A DNA stretch of 64,000 bases from Minisyncoccia bacterium (GTDB lineage: Bacteria > Patescibacteriota > Minisyncoccia > Phycocordibacterales > UBA5272), in assembly GCA_038326985.1 (NCBI GenBank), contig JBBQKQ010000002.1, positions 2,978 to 66,977 on the forward strand, in the 5' to 3' direction. Below are positions 31,056 to 39,991 of the stretch, piece by piece. The notes under the pieces were generated by a model. It was not told the DNA's origin, did not search any database, and saw only the letters and a program-made list of their open reading frames with translations. Each line of letters begins with the position of its first letter. Position 1 is the first letter of the stretch. The position numbers were made by a program, and so were the translations under genes.

Positions 31056-31084
31056 TTGCTTTGTTTAAAGTTTGGGTGTAGAAT
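31056..31084 (+). promoter_or_regulatory. Sigma70-type promoter, unit B
   Basis: TTGCTT-17 nt-TAGAAT, near-copy of the unit A promoter. Confidence 0.7.
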
Positions 31085-31119
31085 TTAAAAGCTGTCAACC
31101 TGTAAAAGAAGGAAAAATC

Positions 31120-31278
31120 ATGACTAAAAAGAAACCTTCAGGTGCACATGGCGCAAAAGGGGCAAAGCTTAGACGTGCAGAAAGATGGCTGCGTCAGAAC
31201 TTTGCGAAGTTCTTTTTCAGAACTCCGCGGATGACTCAAGAAACACCTTCGGTGATCTTGCATCAAGCGACAGGTTAA
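31120..31278 (+). CDS. Small basic ORF (52 aa) or structured RNA, unit B
   Basis: AAGGA upstream of ATG; MTKKKPSGAHGAKGAKLRRAERWLR... Confidence 0.4.
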   Translation: MTKKKPSGAHGAKGAKLRRAERWLRQNFAKFFFRTPRMTQETPSVILHQATG

Positions 31279-31300
31279 TCCCGTAGAGCCAAAAAGAGGT

Positions 31301-31335
31301 AGGGGCGTCACAAATCGACGCCCCTTTTACTTTTT
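31301..31335 (+). terminator. Intrinsic terminator, unit B
   Basis: AGGGGCGTC-loop-GACGCCCCT-TTTACTTTTT. Confidence 0.85.
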
Positions 31336-31361
31336 AAAATTTTTATTGTATTATATATTTT

Positions 31362-32684
31362 ATGATACTGAAAGATTTAGATAAATTTAAGCTTCCGGAC
31401 GAAAGTGGAGTTTATTTTTTTATGGGACCCCCCCTAACCCCCCCTTATACAGGGGGGGAAGAGAACATCCTTTACATTGGTAAAGCTACAAGTTTAAAAA
31501 GTAGAGTTAAAAGTTATTTTGATAATAATATTTTACATACCCGTGGTCTTCACATTGCAAACATGGTGAGCTTGGCCAAAAGTATTAAATTTGAAACTAC
31601 AAGAAGTGTTTTAGAAGCACTTCTGCTTGAGCAAGAGCTAATAAAAAAACATAAACCAAAATTCAACAGCGAAGCAAAAGATGATAAAAGTTTTTTTGTT
31701 TTGGTGATAACAAAAGAAGATTTTCCTAGAGTACTACTAGTAAGAAACAAAGATATAGACAAAGAAAATAACCTAGTTTTAAAAAGTAAATTACTTGGTA
31801 AGAAAGTAGAAAATAAAAAAGAAATTGTAAAAGTTGAAAAAACTTTCGGACCGTATTCAAGTGGGCAAAGTGCAAAAGATGCTTTAAAGCTTATTCGTAA
31901 AATTTTTCCATTTCGAGATAAATGTGATCTTTATGACAAGAAAAAATCTTGGCAAAAAAAAGCCTGTTTTTCATATTCTATAGGTCTGTGTCTAGGAACG
32001 TGTGCTGGAGTAATTTCTAAAACGAAATACCAAAACCATATTGAAAGACTAATAACTTTTTTAGAAGGGGATGGGGAAAAGGTGCGAAAAGATTTAGAAA
32101 AAGATATGCAAACTGCCAGTGACAAATTAGAATTTGAAGAAGCGCAAAGAATAAAAGAAATACTTTTTGCGCTCGAGCATATTCGAGATTCTCATCTTAT
32201 AAATCGTGATATAAAAGAAGAAAATAAAAGCACTCGTATAGAGGCTTTCGATATCGCACACATGTCTGGTCAAAACAGAGTCGGGGTAATGGTGGTTGTA
32301 CAAGGTGGAGTCCCTAATAAAAGCCAATACAAAAAGTTTAAAATCTCGAAAGATGAAAACGACGACTTAGAAGGATTAAAAGAGCTTTTTTTAAGAAGAA
32401 TAAAACACTTGGAATGGGGAATACCAGATGTAGTTATTGTTGACGGTGATGAAAGACATATAAATGTTGCAGAAAAAATTTTAATTGAAAACAACCTAGA
32501 TAAAACAGTAAAAGTTGTAGCAGTAACAAAAAACCGCCAACACAAAGCACAAAAAATAACAGGTGATAAAAAAATTGTGGAAGAGTTTCAAAGAGAAATA
32601 ACTTTAGCAAACAGCGAAGCCCATAGATTTGCAATAACTTATCATAAAAATTTACGCAAAAAAAGTTTTATACCTAAAAACTGA
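31362..32684 (+). CDS. uvrC: Excinuclease ABC subunit C (short, no C-terminal HhH seen)
   Basis: GIY-YIG GVYFF..LYIGKA.SLKSRVKSYF, EALLLE, FGPY, FEEA, RIEAFDIAH, PDVVIVDG, EAHRFAITYH. Confidence 0.9.
   Translation: MILKDLDKFKLPDESGVYFFMGPPLTPPYTGGEENILYIGKATSLKSRVKSYFDNNILHTRGLHIANMVSLAKSIKFETTRSVLEALLLEQELIKKHKPKFNSEAKDDKSFFVLVITKEDFPRVLLVRNKDIDKENNLVLKSKLLGKKVENKKEIVKVEKTFGPYSSGQSAKDALKLIRKIFPFRDKCDLYDKKKSWQKKACFSYSIGLCLGTCAGVISKTKYQNHIERLITFLEGDGEKVRKDLEKDMQTASDKLEFEEAQRIKEILFALEHIRDSHLINRDIKEENKSTRIEAFDIAHMSGQNRVGVMVVVQGGVPNKSQYKKFKISKDENDDLEGLKELFLRRIKHLEWGIPDVVIVDGDERHINVAEKILIENNLDKTVKVVAVTKNRQHKAQKITGDKKIVEEFQREITLANSEAHRFAITYHKNLRKKSFIPKN
31428..31458 (+). repeat. Triplex-motif repeat, in frame in uvrC
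   Basis: C7-TAA-C7-TTATACA-G7; encodes PPLTPPYTGG. Confidence 0.9.
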
Positions 32685-32691
32685 AAATCTT

Positions 32692-32700
32692 TGTGGATAA
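32692..32700 (-). promoter_or_regulatory. DnaA box upstream of nrdA
   Basis: TGTGGATAA = reverse complement of consensus TTATCCACA. Confidence 0.5.
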
Positions 32701-32926
32701 CTTTTTACTTTACAAAATAAAAATTTATGGGGAAGTTTATATACTAAAAATATAGAGTTTTTGAGAAACAAATTACCACAGAATTCGCTTTGTAAATATT
32801 GTTATTTTAATATATTTGAATATACTGTTAATAACACCAAAAGAGTAACCTCCAAAAGTGTATGCGACATTATTAACCCGTTTTCCTGGCCAAGTTTTTT
32901 AGCTCAACTTTTTTTAAAATTAAAAT

Positions 32927-35900
32927 ATGATTAATCTTACAACCATTCGTAAAAGAAATGGCACTTTGGTGCCTTTTGACCAAAACAAAATTATCGATGT
33001 AATAACGAAAGCCTTTAAAAATGTAACTGGCAACGAACAAATGTTGGTTGCTGAAAATATTCGAGACCAGGTTGTTATAAAACTCGAGGAGCTCCACAAA
33101 GGTGAAGATGCTGGAGTACCATATGTTGAACAAGTTCAAGATGTTGTAGAGCAGGCAATAATGGAAGCGGGATATTTTGAGGTTGCAAAACATTTTATAC
33201 TTTATAGACACGAAAAAATAAAAGAAAGGGCTGAAGAAAAAGCAAAGGAAATAAAAAAAATAGAAGAAGGGAACGCAATGATAATAAATCGCAATGGAAA
33301 GCAGGAAAGATTTAATGAAGGAGTAATGCGTGGATTTGTAAAAAAAATGGTTGTAGGGTACGAAAATACAGTTTCAGTCGATGCTATAATGTCGCGTACA
33401 AAAATGGAAATTTATGATGGAATTTCTTCTACAGACCTAATGAAAGCGCTTATACTTTCTTGCCGAGGAATGATAGAAAATGACCCGGCCTACGCCTACG
33501 TAGCTGCAAAAATGATTCGCTATACAACTGTAAAAGAATTAGGGAGCAATGACAGTTTGACAGTAAATTACGAAAATTATACTGAAGAACTTGTAAATAA
33601 AACTTATATTGAAACTTTTGTAAAATGCACCGTTGAAGGAGTTCAGGATAAAATATACGACGCCAGACTTTTAACCTTTGATCTAGGAAAACTAGCGGCG
33701 GCAATTCGCCCAGAAAGAGATTTTTTATTCCAATACCTTGGAATGCAAACTTTGGTAGACCGATACCTTGTAAGAAATATTGAAAAAGGAAATAAAATAA
33801 TTGAACTTCCTCAGACGTTTTGGATGCGTGTTGCAATGGGTCTAGCAATATTGGAGACTGATAAAAACGAAAAAGCCATAGAGTTTTATAATATGATGTC
33901 GACTCTACGAGTAATTCCGTCTACTCCCACACTTTTTCAATCAGGTACTTCTTATCCTCAGCTATCGTCTTGTTATTTAAACACTATTGACGATACTTTG
34001 GAAAGTTTAGCAAAAGTTACTTACACAGATAATGCCCAACTTTCAAAATACTCTGGAGGTATTGCTACCGACTGGTCATACATTCGATCAAGTGGTGCTA
34101 TTGTTAAGAAAACTCGTATAGAAAGTACGGGAATTATTCCATTTTTAAAAATTGCGAACGACGTAACTTTAGCGATTAATAGATCTGGACGTCGCCGTGG
34201 TGCAACTTGTGCTTATCTAGAAACTTGGCATTACGATATAGAAGAATTTTTAGATCTTAGAAAAAATACTGGCGATGAGCGCAGACGTACTCACGATATG
34301 AACACTGCCAACTGGATCCCAGACTTGTTTATGCAAAGAGTTAGAGAAGATGCTGAATGGACATTATTTTCCCCTGATGAAGCTAAAGAACTTCATGATA
34401 CTTATGGGCAAAATTTTAAAAGACATTATGAAAATTATGAATCTAAAACAAAAACTGGAGAGATAAGAATTTTCAAAACCGTAAAAGCTAAAGATCTTTA
34501 TAAAAAAATGATTATGATGATTTTTGAAACGGGCCATCCTTGGTTTACTTTCAAAGATGTTTGTAATATTCGCTCACCACAAGACCATGTTGGTATGATC
34601 CACAACTCTAACCTCTGTACTGAAATAACCCTTAATAATAGTTTCGAAGAAACTGCTGTTTGTAACTTAGCATCTCTTAACTTGCCCCGACACTTTGTTG
34701 ACCATGGTGGTGGTAAGAAAATGGATCTGGAAATGCTCAAAGATACTATCGGTACTGCAATGCGCATGCTAGATAATGTAATTGATATCAATCTTTACCC
34801 TACGATAGAAGGTAAAACCAGTAATTTGAAGCACAGGCCAATTGGTTTAGGTATAATGGGTTTTCATGATGCCTTATATGAACTTGGGCTTAATTATGAT
34901 TCGGCTGAAGCATTAAAATTTGCAGACGAAAATCAAGAATTTATTTCCTATTATGCGATACTTGCATCAACAGAACTTGCAAAAGAGCGTGGTGCATATT
35001 CTACATTTCCAGGGTCAAAATGGGATCGCGGAATATTGCCAGTAGATACAATTTCTCTTTTAGAGCAAGAAAGAAATAGTAAGATTCCAGTTTCTAAAAC
35101 AGGAAAAATGGATTGGGGACCGGTTAGAAATTCTATAAAAATGTATGGAATGAGAAATAGTAACACTATGGCAATAGCACCAACCGCTACAATTTCTAAT
35201 ATTGCCGGCAGTAGTCCGTGCATCGAGGCTTATTATAAAAACATTTACGTGAAAAGTAATATGTCTGGTGAGTTTACAATGATCAATTATTATTTAGTTT
35301 CCGATTTGAAGGAAATTGGTATGTGGAATGATGAAATGCTAAACGAAATTAAACAAGCGGAAGGTTCTGTTCAAGATATCATGCGGATTCCTGCGGAGCT
35401 CCGAGCTAAGTATAAAGAAACTTTTGAAATAGACTCTAAAGTATTTATAAATCTCGCTGCATTTAGAGGTAAATGGATTGACCAATCTCAGTCGCTTAAC
35501 CTTTTTTACAAGGGAACAAGTGGAAAAGACATTGGAGATATGTATATGTACGCATGGGATATGGGACTAAAAACAACTTATTATTTGCGAACTCTGGCAG
35601 CATCAGGTATAGAAAAGGCAACCGTATCTATCTCTAAAGCCCCCGAAAAAGCACCCAACGTCATCGTAGGGGGTGCAGGACCCACACTTACACCGCAAGC
35701 AACTCCCTCTACCTACGCTTCATACAATACTCCAATACCTGAACCCCCTTTTGTTGCAGCTGAGTCAGAAACAGTAAAACCAGAAGTAAATTATCTTACT
35801 CAGTTTGCCCCGGTAAATACTTATAAAGAAATAGACACACAGGCTCTTATAAATAATGCACTGAGTAAAATAAAAGCCAATACCGAAGCAAAAGCAGAAA

Positions 35901-36001
35901 GTATGAACAATTCTTATGTCACAAATGGATCTGTAAAAATAAATGGTGTAGATACTAAACTTTGTCGCATTCTCGACCCCGATTGCGAAGCATGCCAATA
36001 A
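32927..36001 (+). CDS. nrdA: Ribonucleoside-diphosphate reductase alpha subunit (class I, ATP-cone N-terminus)
   Basis: IRKRNG ATP cone, PSTPTLF, QLSSCYL, SNLCTEI, VCNLAS, AIAPTATIS, GLKTTYYLR, C-terminal CEACQ. Confidence 0.95.
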   Translation: MINLTTIRKRNGTLVPFDQNKIIDVITKAFKNVTGNEQMLVAENIRDQVVIKLEELHKGEDAGVPYVEQVQDVVEQAIMEAGYFEVAKHFILYRHEKIKERAEEKAKEIKKIEEGNAMIINRNGKQERFNEGVMRGFVKKMVVGYENTVSVDAIMSRTKMEIYDGISSTDLMKALILSCRGMIENDPAYAYVAAKMIRYTTVKELGSNDSLTVNYENYTEELVNKTYIETFVKCTVEGVQDKIYDARLLTFDLGKLAAAIRPERDFLFQYLGMQTLVDRYLVRNIEKGNKIIELPQTFWMRVAMGLAILETDKNEKAIEFYNMMSTLRVIPSTPTLFQSGTSYPQLSSCYLNTIDDTLESLAKVTYTDNAQLSKYSGGIATDWSYIRSSGAIVKKTRIESTGIIPFLKIANDVTLAINRSGRRRGATCAYLETWHYDIEEFLDLRKNTGDERRRTHDMNTANWIPDLFMQRVREDAEWTLFSPDEAKELHDTYGQNFKRHYENYESKTKTGEIRIFKTVKAKDLYKKMIMMIFETGHPWFTFKDVCNIRSPQDHVGMIHNSNLCTEITLNNSFEETAVCNLASLNLPRHFVDHGGGKKMDLEMLKDTIGTAMRMLDNVIDINLYPTIEGKTSNLKHRPIGLGIMGFHDALYELGLNYDSAEALKFADENQEFISYYAILASTELAKERGAYSTFPGSKWDRGILPVDTISLLEQERNSKIPVSKTGKMDWGPVRNSIKMYGMRNSNTMAIAPTATISNIAGSSPCIEAYYKNIYVKSNMSGEFTMINYYLVSDLKEIGMWNDEMLNEIKQAEGSVQDIMRIPAELRAKYKETFEIDSKVFINLAAFRGKWIDQSQSLNLFYKGTSGKDIGDMYMYAWDMGLKTTYYLRTLAASGIEKATVSISKAPEKAPNVIVGGAGPTLTPQATPSTYASYNTPIPEPPFVAAESETVKPEVNYLTQFAPVNTYKEIDTQALINNALSKIKANTEAKAESMNNSYVTNGSVKINGVDTKLCRILDPDCEACQ

Positions 36002-36038
36002 AAGCTGTAATAAATATTAAAACGATACGGCATTCTAT

Positions 36039-36047
36039 TGTGGATAA
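36039..36047 (-). promoter_or_regulatory. DnaA box between nrdA and nrdB
   Basis: TGTGGATAA perfect consensus. Confidence 0.5.
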
Positions 36048-36169
36048 GTTAGTTGCAAAAAATATACAAAGACTTATACTTATCACACAAAAAACAATTT
36101 ATTATCAGCAGAGTTTCAGATTTTTCTCGTCTAAAAATCTCAAAAATTATAAAAAATAAATAAAAATAT

Positions 36170-37180
36170 ATGAATAAATCAGGAATATTGAACAACAACA
36201 CTCACGATCCAAATAAAATTCTTCCTATGCGCTACAAATGGGCGCGTACACACTATAAGAATGGTGTTAATAATAACTGGACCGCAGAAGAAGTGCCCAT
36301 GATGAATGACGTAGAGCTTTGGAAAAAAGCAGAAGCATTAGGTGGTCTAACTCCTGATGAGCGAAGAATGATACTTTGGAATTTAGGATTTTTCTCTACG
36401 GCAGAGTCACTGACAGCCAACAATATTGTACTGACCGTGTATAAACATGTTACAAACCCTGAGTGTAGACAATATCTTTTAAGACAAGCTTTTGAAGAAT
36501 CAATTCACACTGATATGTTCATTTACTGCTGTGATTCATTAGGCCTTAACCCTGACGAAATATATAAAATGTATGAGACTATTCCCTCAATCAAAGCAAA
36601 AGATGATTTTGTTATTGAAATGACAAAAAGTATAATGGATCCAAATTTTAAAACTGACACAGTTGCAAATATTCAAAGGTTTGCACATGATCTAGTAGGC
36701 TATTATGTAATTATGGAAGGAATGTTTTTCTACGCTGGATTTGCGATGATGCTAAACCTAATGCGTCACCAAAAAATGGTAGGAGTAGGGGAACAATTCC
36801 AATATACTTTACGTGATGAGACAGTACACTTAGCATTTGGAGCAGATCTAATCAATACAATCATTTCTGAAAATCCAGAAATTTGGACTCCCGAGTTTAA
36901 AGCAGAATTAACTTCTAAAATAATGCAGGCAGTAGATCTTGAAAGTGCTTACGCAGCTGATGCTTTGCCAAAAGGAATTCTCGGTATGAATAAAGAAATA
37001 GTTCGACAGTATTTGGAATATGTTGCTGACAGAAGGTTAGAGAGAATTGGGCTTTCAGCACAATACAACACTCCAAATCCATTTCCTTGGATGTCGGAAA
37101 TAATGGATTTAAAAAAAGAAAAGAATTTTTTCGAAACTCGCGTTACCGAGTATCAACAATCGGGGGCACTGGAGTGGTAA
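36170..37180 (+). CDS. nrdB: Ribonucleotide reductase beta subunit, class Ic-like
   Basis: GFFSTAES, EESIHTDMF, MEGMFFY, RDETVH, KNFFETRVTEY. Confidence 0.92.
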   Translation: MNKSGILNNNTHDPNKILPMRYKWARTHYKNGVNNNWTAEEVPMMNDVELWKKAEALGGLTPDERRMILWNLGFFSTAESLTANNIVLTVYKHVTNPECRQYLLRQAFEESIHTDMFIYCCDSLGLNPDEIYKMYETIPSIKAKDDFVIEMTKSIMDPNFKTDTVANIQRFAHDLVGYYVIMEGMFFYAGFAMMLNLMRHQKMVGVGEQFQYTLRDETVHLAFGADLINTIISENPEIWTPEFKAELTSKIMQAVDLESAYAADALPKGILGMNKEIVRQYLEYVADRRLERIGLSAQYNTPNPFPWMSEIMDLKKEKNFFETRVTEYQQSGALEW

Positions 37181-37217
37181 GTAATATTTAGCTAAAGCTA
37201 GAAATAAAATTATCATC

Positions 37218-37703
37218 ATGTCAAAAGAAGAAAAATTAGAATTTACACAAATGGTTCGAGATTCAATCAGAGTTGATTTGAAAGATGAGCATAATTATTT
37301 TGATTTGAAATTTAAAGAGGAGAGTGAAAAGAATGATGGAAGATTTAAAATCGAAAGTGAAAAAACCGATTATAGATTTAAGCTAGAAAGTGAAAAGAAT
37401 GATGAAAGATTTAGAATCGAAAGTGAAAGGAGTGATGATAGACTTATAGAATTTTCTAGGAATATGGTTGAGGCCGTTGATCTTCGTGTAAAAAACGCAA
37501 TAAAAGAAAATAATGAATTTATTCTCAGTGGCATGCAAAACCTGCTTGTTGATTTTAGAGAAGCAATTAAAGATGATAACCGTTCTACAAAAAGAAAAGT
37601 AGATGAAATGGCAAGTGTTTCTGAAAAAGTAAGCTGGTTGGAAGGTATGGTAAATAATACAATAATGCCAAAGATAAATTGGCTGTATTCTAAGGTTTCT
37701 TAA
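37218..37703 (+). CDS. Hypothetical coiled-coil protein with 11-aa tandem repeats
   Basis: Four copies of F[KR]xESE[KR]xDxR. Confidence 0.65.
   Translation: MSKEEKLEFTQMVRDSIRVDLKDEHNYFDLKFKEESEKNDGRFKIESEKTDYRFKLESEKNDERFRIESERSDDRLIEFSRNMVEAVDLRVKNAIKENNEFILSGMQNLLVDFREAIKDDNRSTKRKVDEMASVSEKVSWLEGMVNNTIMPKINWLYSKVS
37311..37442 (+). repeat. 4 x 33-bp imperfect tandem repeat
   Basis: TTTA(A/G)..GA(A/G)AGTGAAA..GAT...AGA units. Confidence 0.8.
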
Positions 37704-37741
37704 TTTTTTCCAATTAATTAAATAAATGCCAAACCATAAAT

Positions 37742-38398
37742 ATGTACAAAAAAGAGCTTACTGAGGAGTACATTTTATCGGAAATTAAAAAACTAAGATA
37801 TACATATGGACTCAATAAAGTTATAAGATATAACCAAGCGAGAGATGAAAAATATCAAACTCAGTCTGTAGCAGAGCATATAGCAAATATGATTTTTCTG
37901 GCATTTTATTTCAAAAAATATGAAGATCCTGAAAACAAACTTAATTTTGGCAAAGTAATTAAAATTATCCTCATGCATGACATGGGAGAAATTGAAACAG
38001 GCGATGTAATTGCAGTATCAAAAAATATTCAAGATGCGGAAGCAGAAAAACTTGCTATACAAAAAGTTAAAATTAATTCTCCAGATTTTGTTGCAGAAGA
38101 AATAGAAAATTTATTTGAAGAATATAAAAATACAAATACTCCAGAGGGCCAATATGCAAAAGCAATAGATAGATTTGAGGGACAACTTTTTTGGATTGAC
38201 AGAGAAGGTGTGGAAATGTGTAAAGACGTTTGCACAAACGCAGGACTAGATATAAACATTACTCAAGTAAAACTCATTAAAGACATATTTGAATTATTAG
38301 ACAGATTTGGTTTTAAAACTATTGCAAAGTTTCTTGAAGTAGTAAATACAGAAAAATACAAATATGGAATATTTAAGGAAGATTTAAATACTTTATGA
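37742..38398 (+). CDS. HD-domain phosphohydrolase (YfbR/HD_3-like)
   Basis: QSVAEH, MHDMGEIETGD, AKAIDR. Confidence 0.85.
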   Translation: MYKKELTEEYILSEIKKLRYTYGLNKVIRYNQARDEKYQTQSVAEHIANMIFLAFYFKKYEDPENKLNFGKVIKIILMHDMGEIETGDVIAVSKNIQDAEAEKLAIQKVKINSPDFVAEEIENLFEEYKNTNTPEGQYAKAIDRFEGQLFWIDREGVEMCKDVCTNAGLDINITQVKLIKDIFELLDRFGFKTIAKFLEVVNTEKYKYGIFKEDLNTL

Positions 38399-38925
38399 GT
38401 CACCAAAATTTAAAGTTAATGTCTTTAATATTTTTTACAAAATTTACCGATGGTAGAAAATATATTTTAATGGGAAAATATTCAAATGATAAAAGATTAG
38501 AAGGTTTTAGGAATGGTTATGGTGGAAAGTGTAAAGTAGGAGAAAATACTTTAGAATGTGCAAGGCGTGAAGTGGAAGAAGAATTTGGAGTAATATTTGA
38601 TAAAGAAAAATTTATTAAAGTTGGGAAACTATTTGACCAAGAAATTCAAGTTGATATTTTTATTATAGTTAGTGGAGGAGATTTTGTTATCCCGGCCAAC
38701 AATTCTGAATTTGAAGATGTGAGATGGTTTGATATTGAAAAATCCGAAGTGTTTTTGAATGAAATGCTAAATGGTGATAATGAAATTATTCCAAAACTTA
38801 GTGAGGCTTTGGAGCAAATAAAAAATAATGTTGAAATGGTAAAAGAATTTGAAGTTGAATTGTCATCGAACACACAAGAAGAAAAAAAAGAAAGAGAGAA
38901 AATAAAAAACAAAATATTTAAATAA
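38395..38925 (+). CDS. NUDIX hydrolase (8-oxo-dGTPase-like)
   Basis: NGYGGKCKVGENTLECARREVEEEFG Nudix box. Confidence 0.85.
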   Translation: MSHQNLKLMSLIFFTKFTDGRKYILMGKYSNDKRLEGFRNGYGGKCKVGENTLECARREVEEEFGVIFDKEKFIKVGKLFDQEIQVDIFIIVSGGDFVIPANNSEFEDVRWFDIEKSEVFLNEMLNGDNEIIPKLSEALEQIKNNVEMVKEFEVELSSNTQEEKKEREKIKNKIFK

Positions 38926-38930
38926 ATTTT

Positions 38931-39497
38931 ATGAAAGTAATAGGAATATGTGGAACCAATGGAAGTGGAAAAGGAACAGTGGTAGATATATTAGAAAAGT
39001 ATTTCACTCTAACCCATATCAGTGCTCGAGAAATGATAATAGAGGCTGCTAAAAATGAAGGAGTAAAAATAGAATCAAGAGACGACTTCAGAGAATACAA
39101 CGAACAAAGGAATAAAGAAGGCAAGACCTTGGTAAATGAAATAAAAAATAAATTTAAAAAAAGTGAAAATGAAAATAGAATATTTGTTTTTGAATCAATT
39201 AGAAGAGTGGGGGAAATAAAAGAATTTAGAGAAGATTTTAAGAATAATTTTTTACTTGTTTCTGTATATGCACCAGTAGAAATTCGGTATCACCGAATAC
39301 TGAAAAGAGCAAGCATCGCTGACTCTGTTGATTTTTCAAAGTTTGTTGAACAAGAAAAGTTGGAAAGTATAAATGAAGACGAAAATCAGATGAATATTAC
39401 AAAATGTATTCTTATGTCGGACATTCATCTTGTGAACGATGGTGATTTAGCAAAATTTGAAGAGGAAGTAAAAAACAAATTATTACCTGTGATATAA
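38931..39497 (+). CDS. P-loop nucleotide/dephospho-CoA kinase-like protein
   Basis: GICGTNGSGKGT, FESIRR..E, APVEIRY.RI..R, LVNDG. Confidence 0.75.
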   Translation: MKVIGICGTNGSGKGTVVDILEKYFTLTHISAREMIIEAAKNEGVKIESRDDFREYNEQRNKEGKTLVNEIKNKFKKSENENRIFVFESIRRVGEIKEFREDFKNNFLLVSVYAPVEIRYHRILKRASIADSVDFSKFVEQEKLESINEDENQMNITKCILMSDIHLVNDGDLAKFEEEVKNKLLPVI

Positions 39498-39521
39498 TAT
39501 AAAAATAAGCAAAATAAAAAT

Positions 39522-39809
39522 ATGTTAGACGGAATAAAAGGTGTATTTAAAAAAGCTGGAGTAGCTGTTGCAAAAAAAGTTGCAACTACAGAATTTGGGA
39601 TAGCAAAAATGAAAGAAGAAATGGCTAAAATGCCAATTCCACCACAAATGAAAATGATGTTCACAAAATTATTAGATAATAATCCAGAATTACTTTTCAA
39701 AATCCAAGAAGAAATACAAGATCTAATTTCAAAAGGCAAAAACCAAATGGCAGCTTCCCAAAGCGTGATGACAAAATACCAAAATGAACTGCGCGCAGCA
39801 ATGAAATAA
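39522..39809 (+). CDS. Hypothetical small protein
   Basis: NPELLFKIQEEIQ...GKNQMAASQSVM; clean ORF. Confidence 0.65.
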   Translation: MLDGIKGVFKKAGVAVAKKVATTEFGIAKMKEEMAKMPIPPQMKMMFTKLLDNNPELLFKIQEEIQDLISKGKNQMAASQSVMTKYQNELRAAMK

Positions 39810-39843
39810 GTTTTATTTAATTTTTAGTGATATAATCAATCCC

Positions 39844-39924
39844 ATGTCAATATTACTTATAATTGCAATTGTACTTCTCGTTATGTTTATGATGGGGTAC
39901 AAAATAAACATTAAAAAAGATTAA
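39844..39924 (+). CDS. 26-aa single-TM small protein (not in ORF track)
   Basis: MSILLIIAIVLLVMFMMGYKINIKKD; ATG 7 nt after TGaTATAAT. Confidence 0.5.
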   Translation: MSILLIIAIVLLVMFMMGYKINIKKD

Positions 39925-39991
39925 GATAATACTTAAAGTATTTCGTTAATAAAAATATGATATAATTGCCAAAAATAACTAAACAAAATTT

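Noticed and set aside
35636-35760. C-rich, Pro-rich stretch in the nrdA tail as another repeat copy
   Set aside because: No mirror arm pair with a matching G arm; it looks like an ordinary flexible linker.
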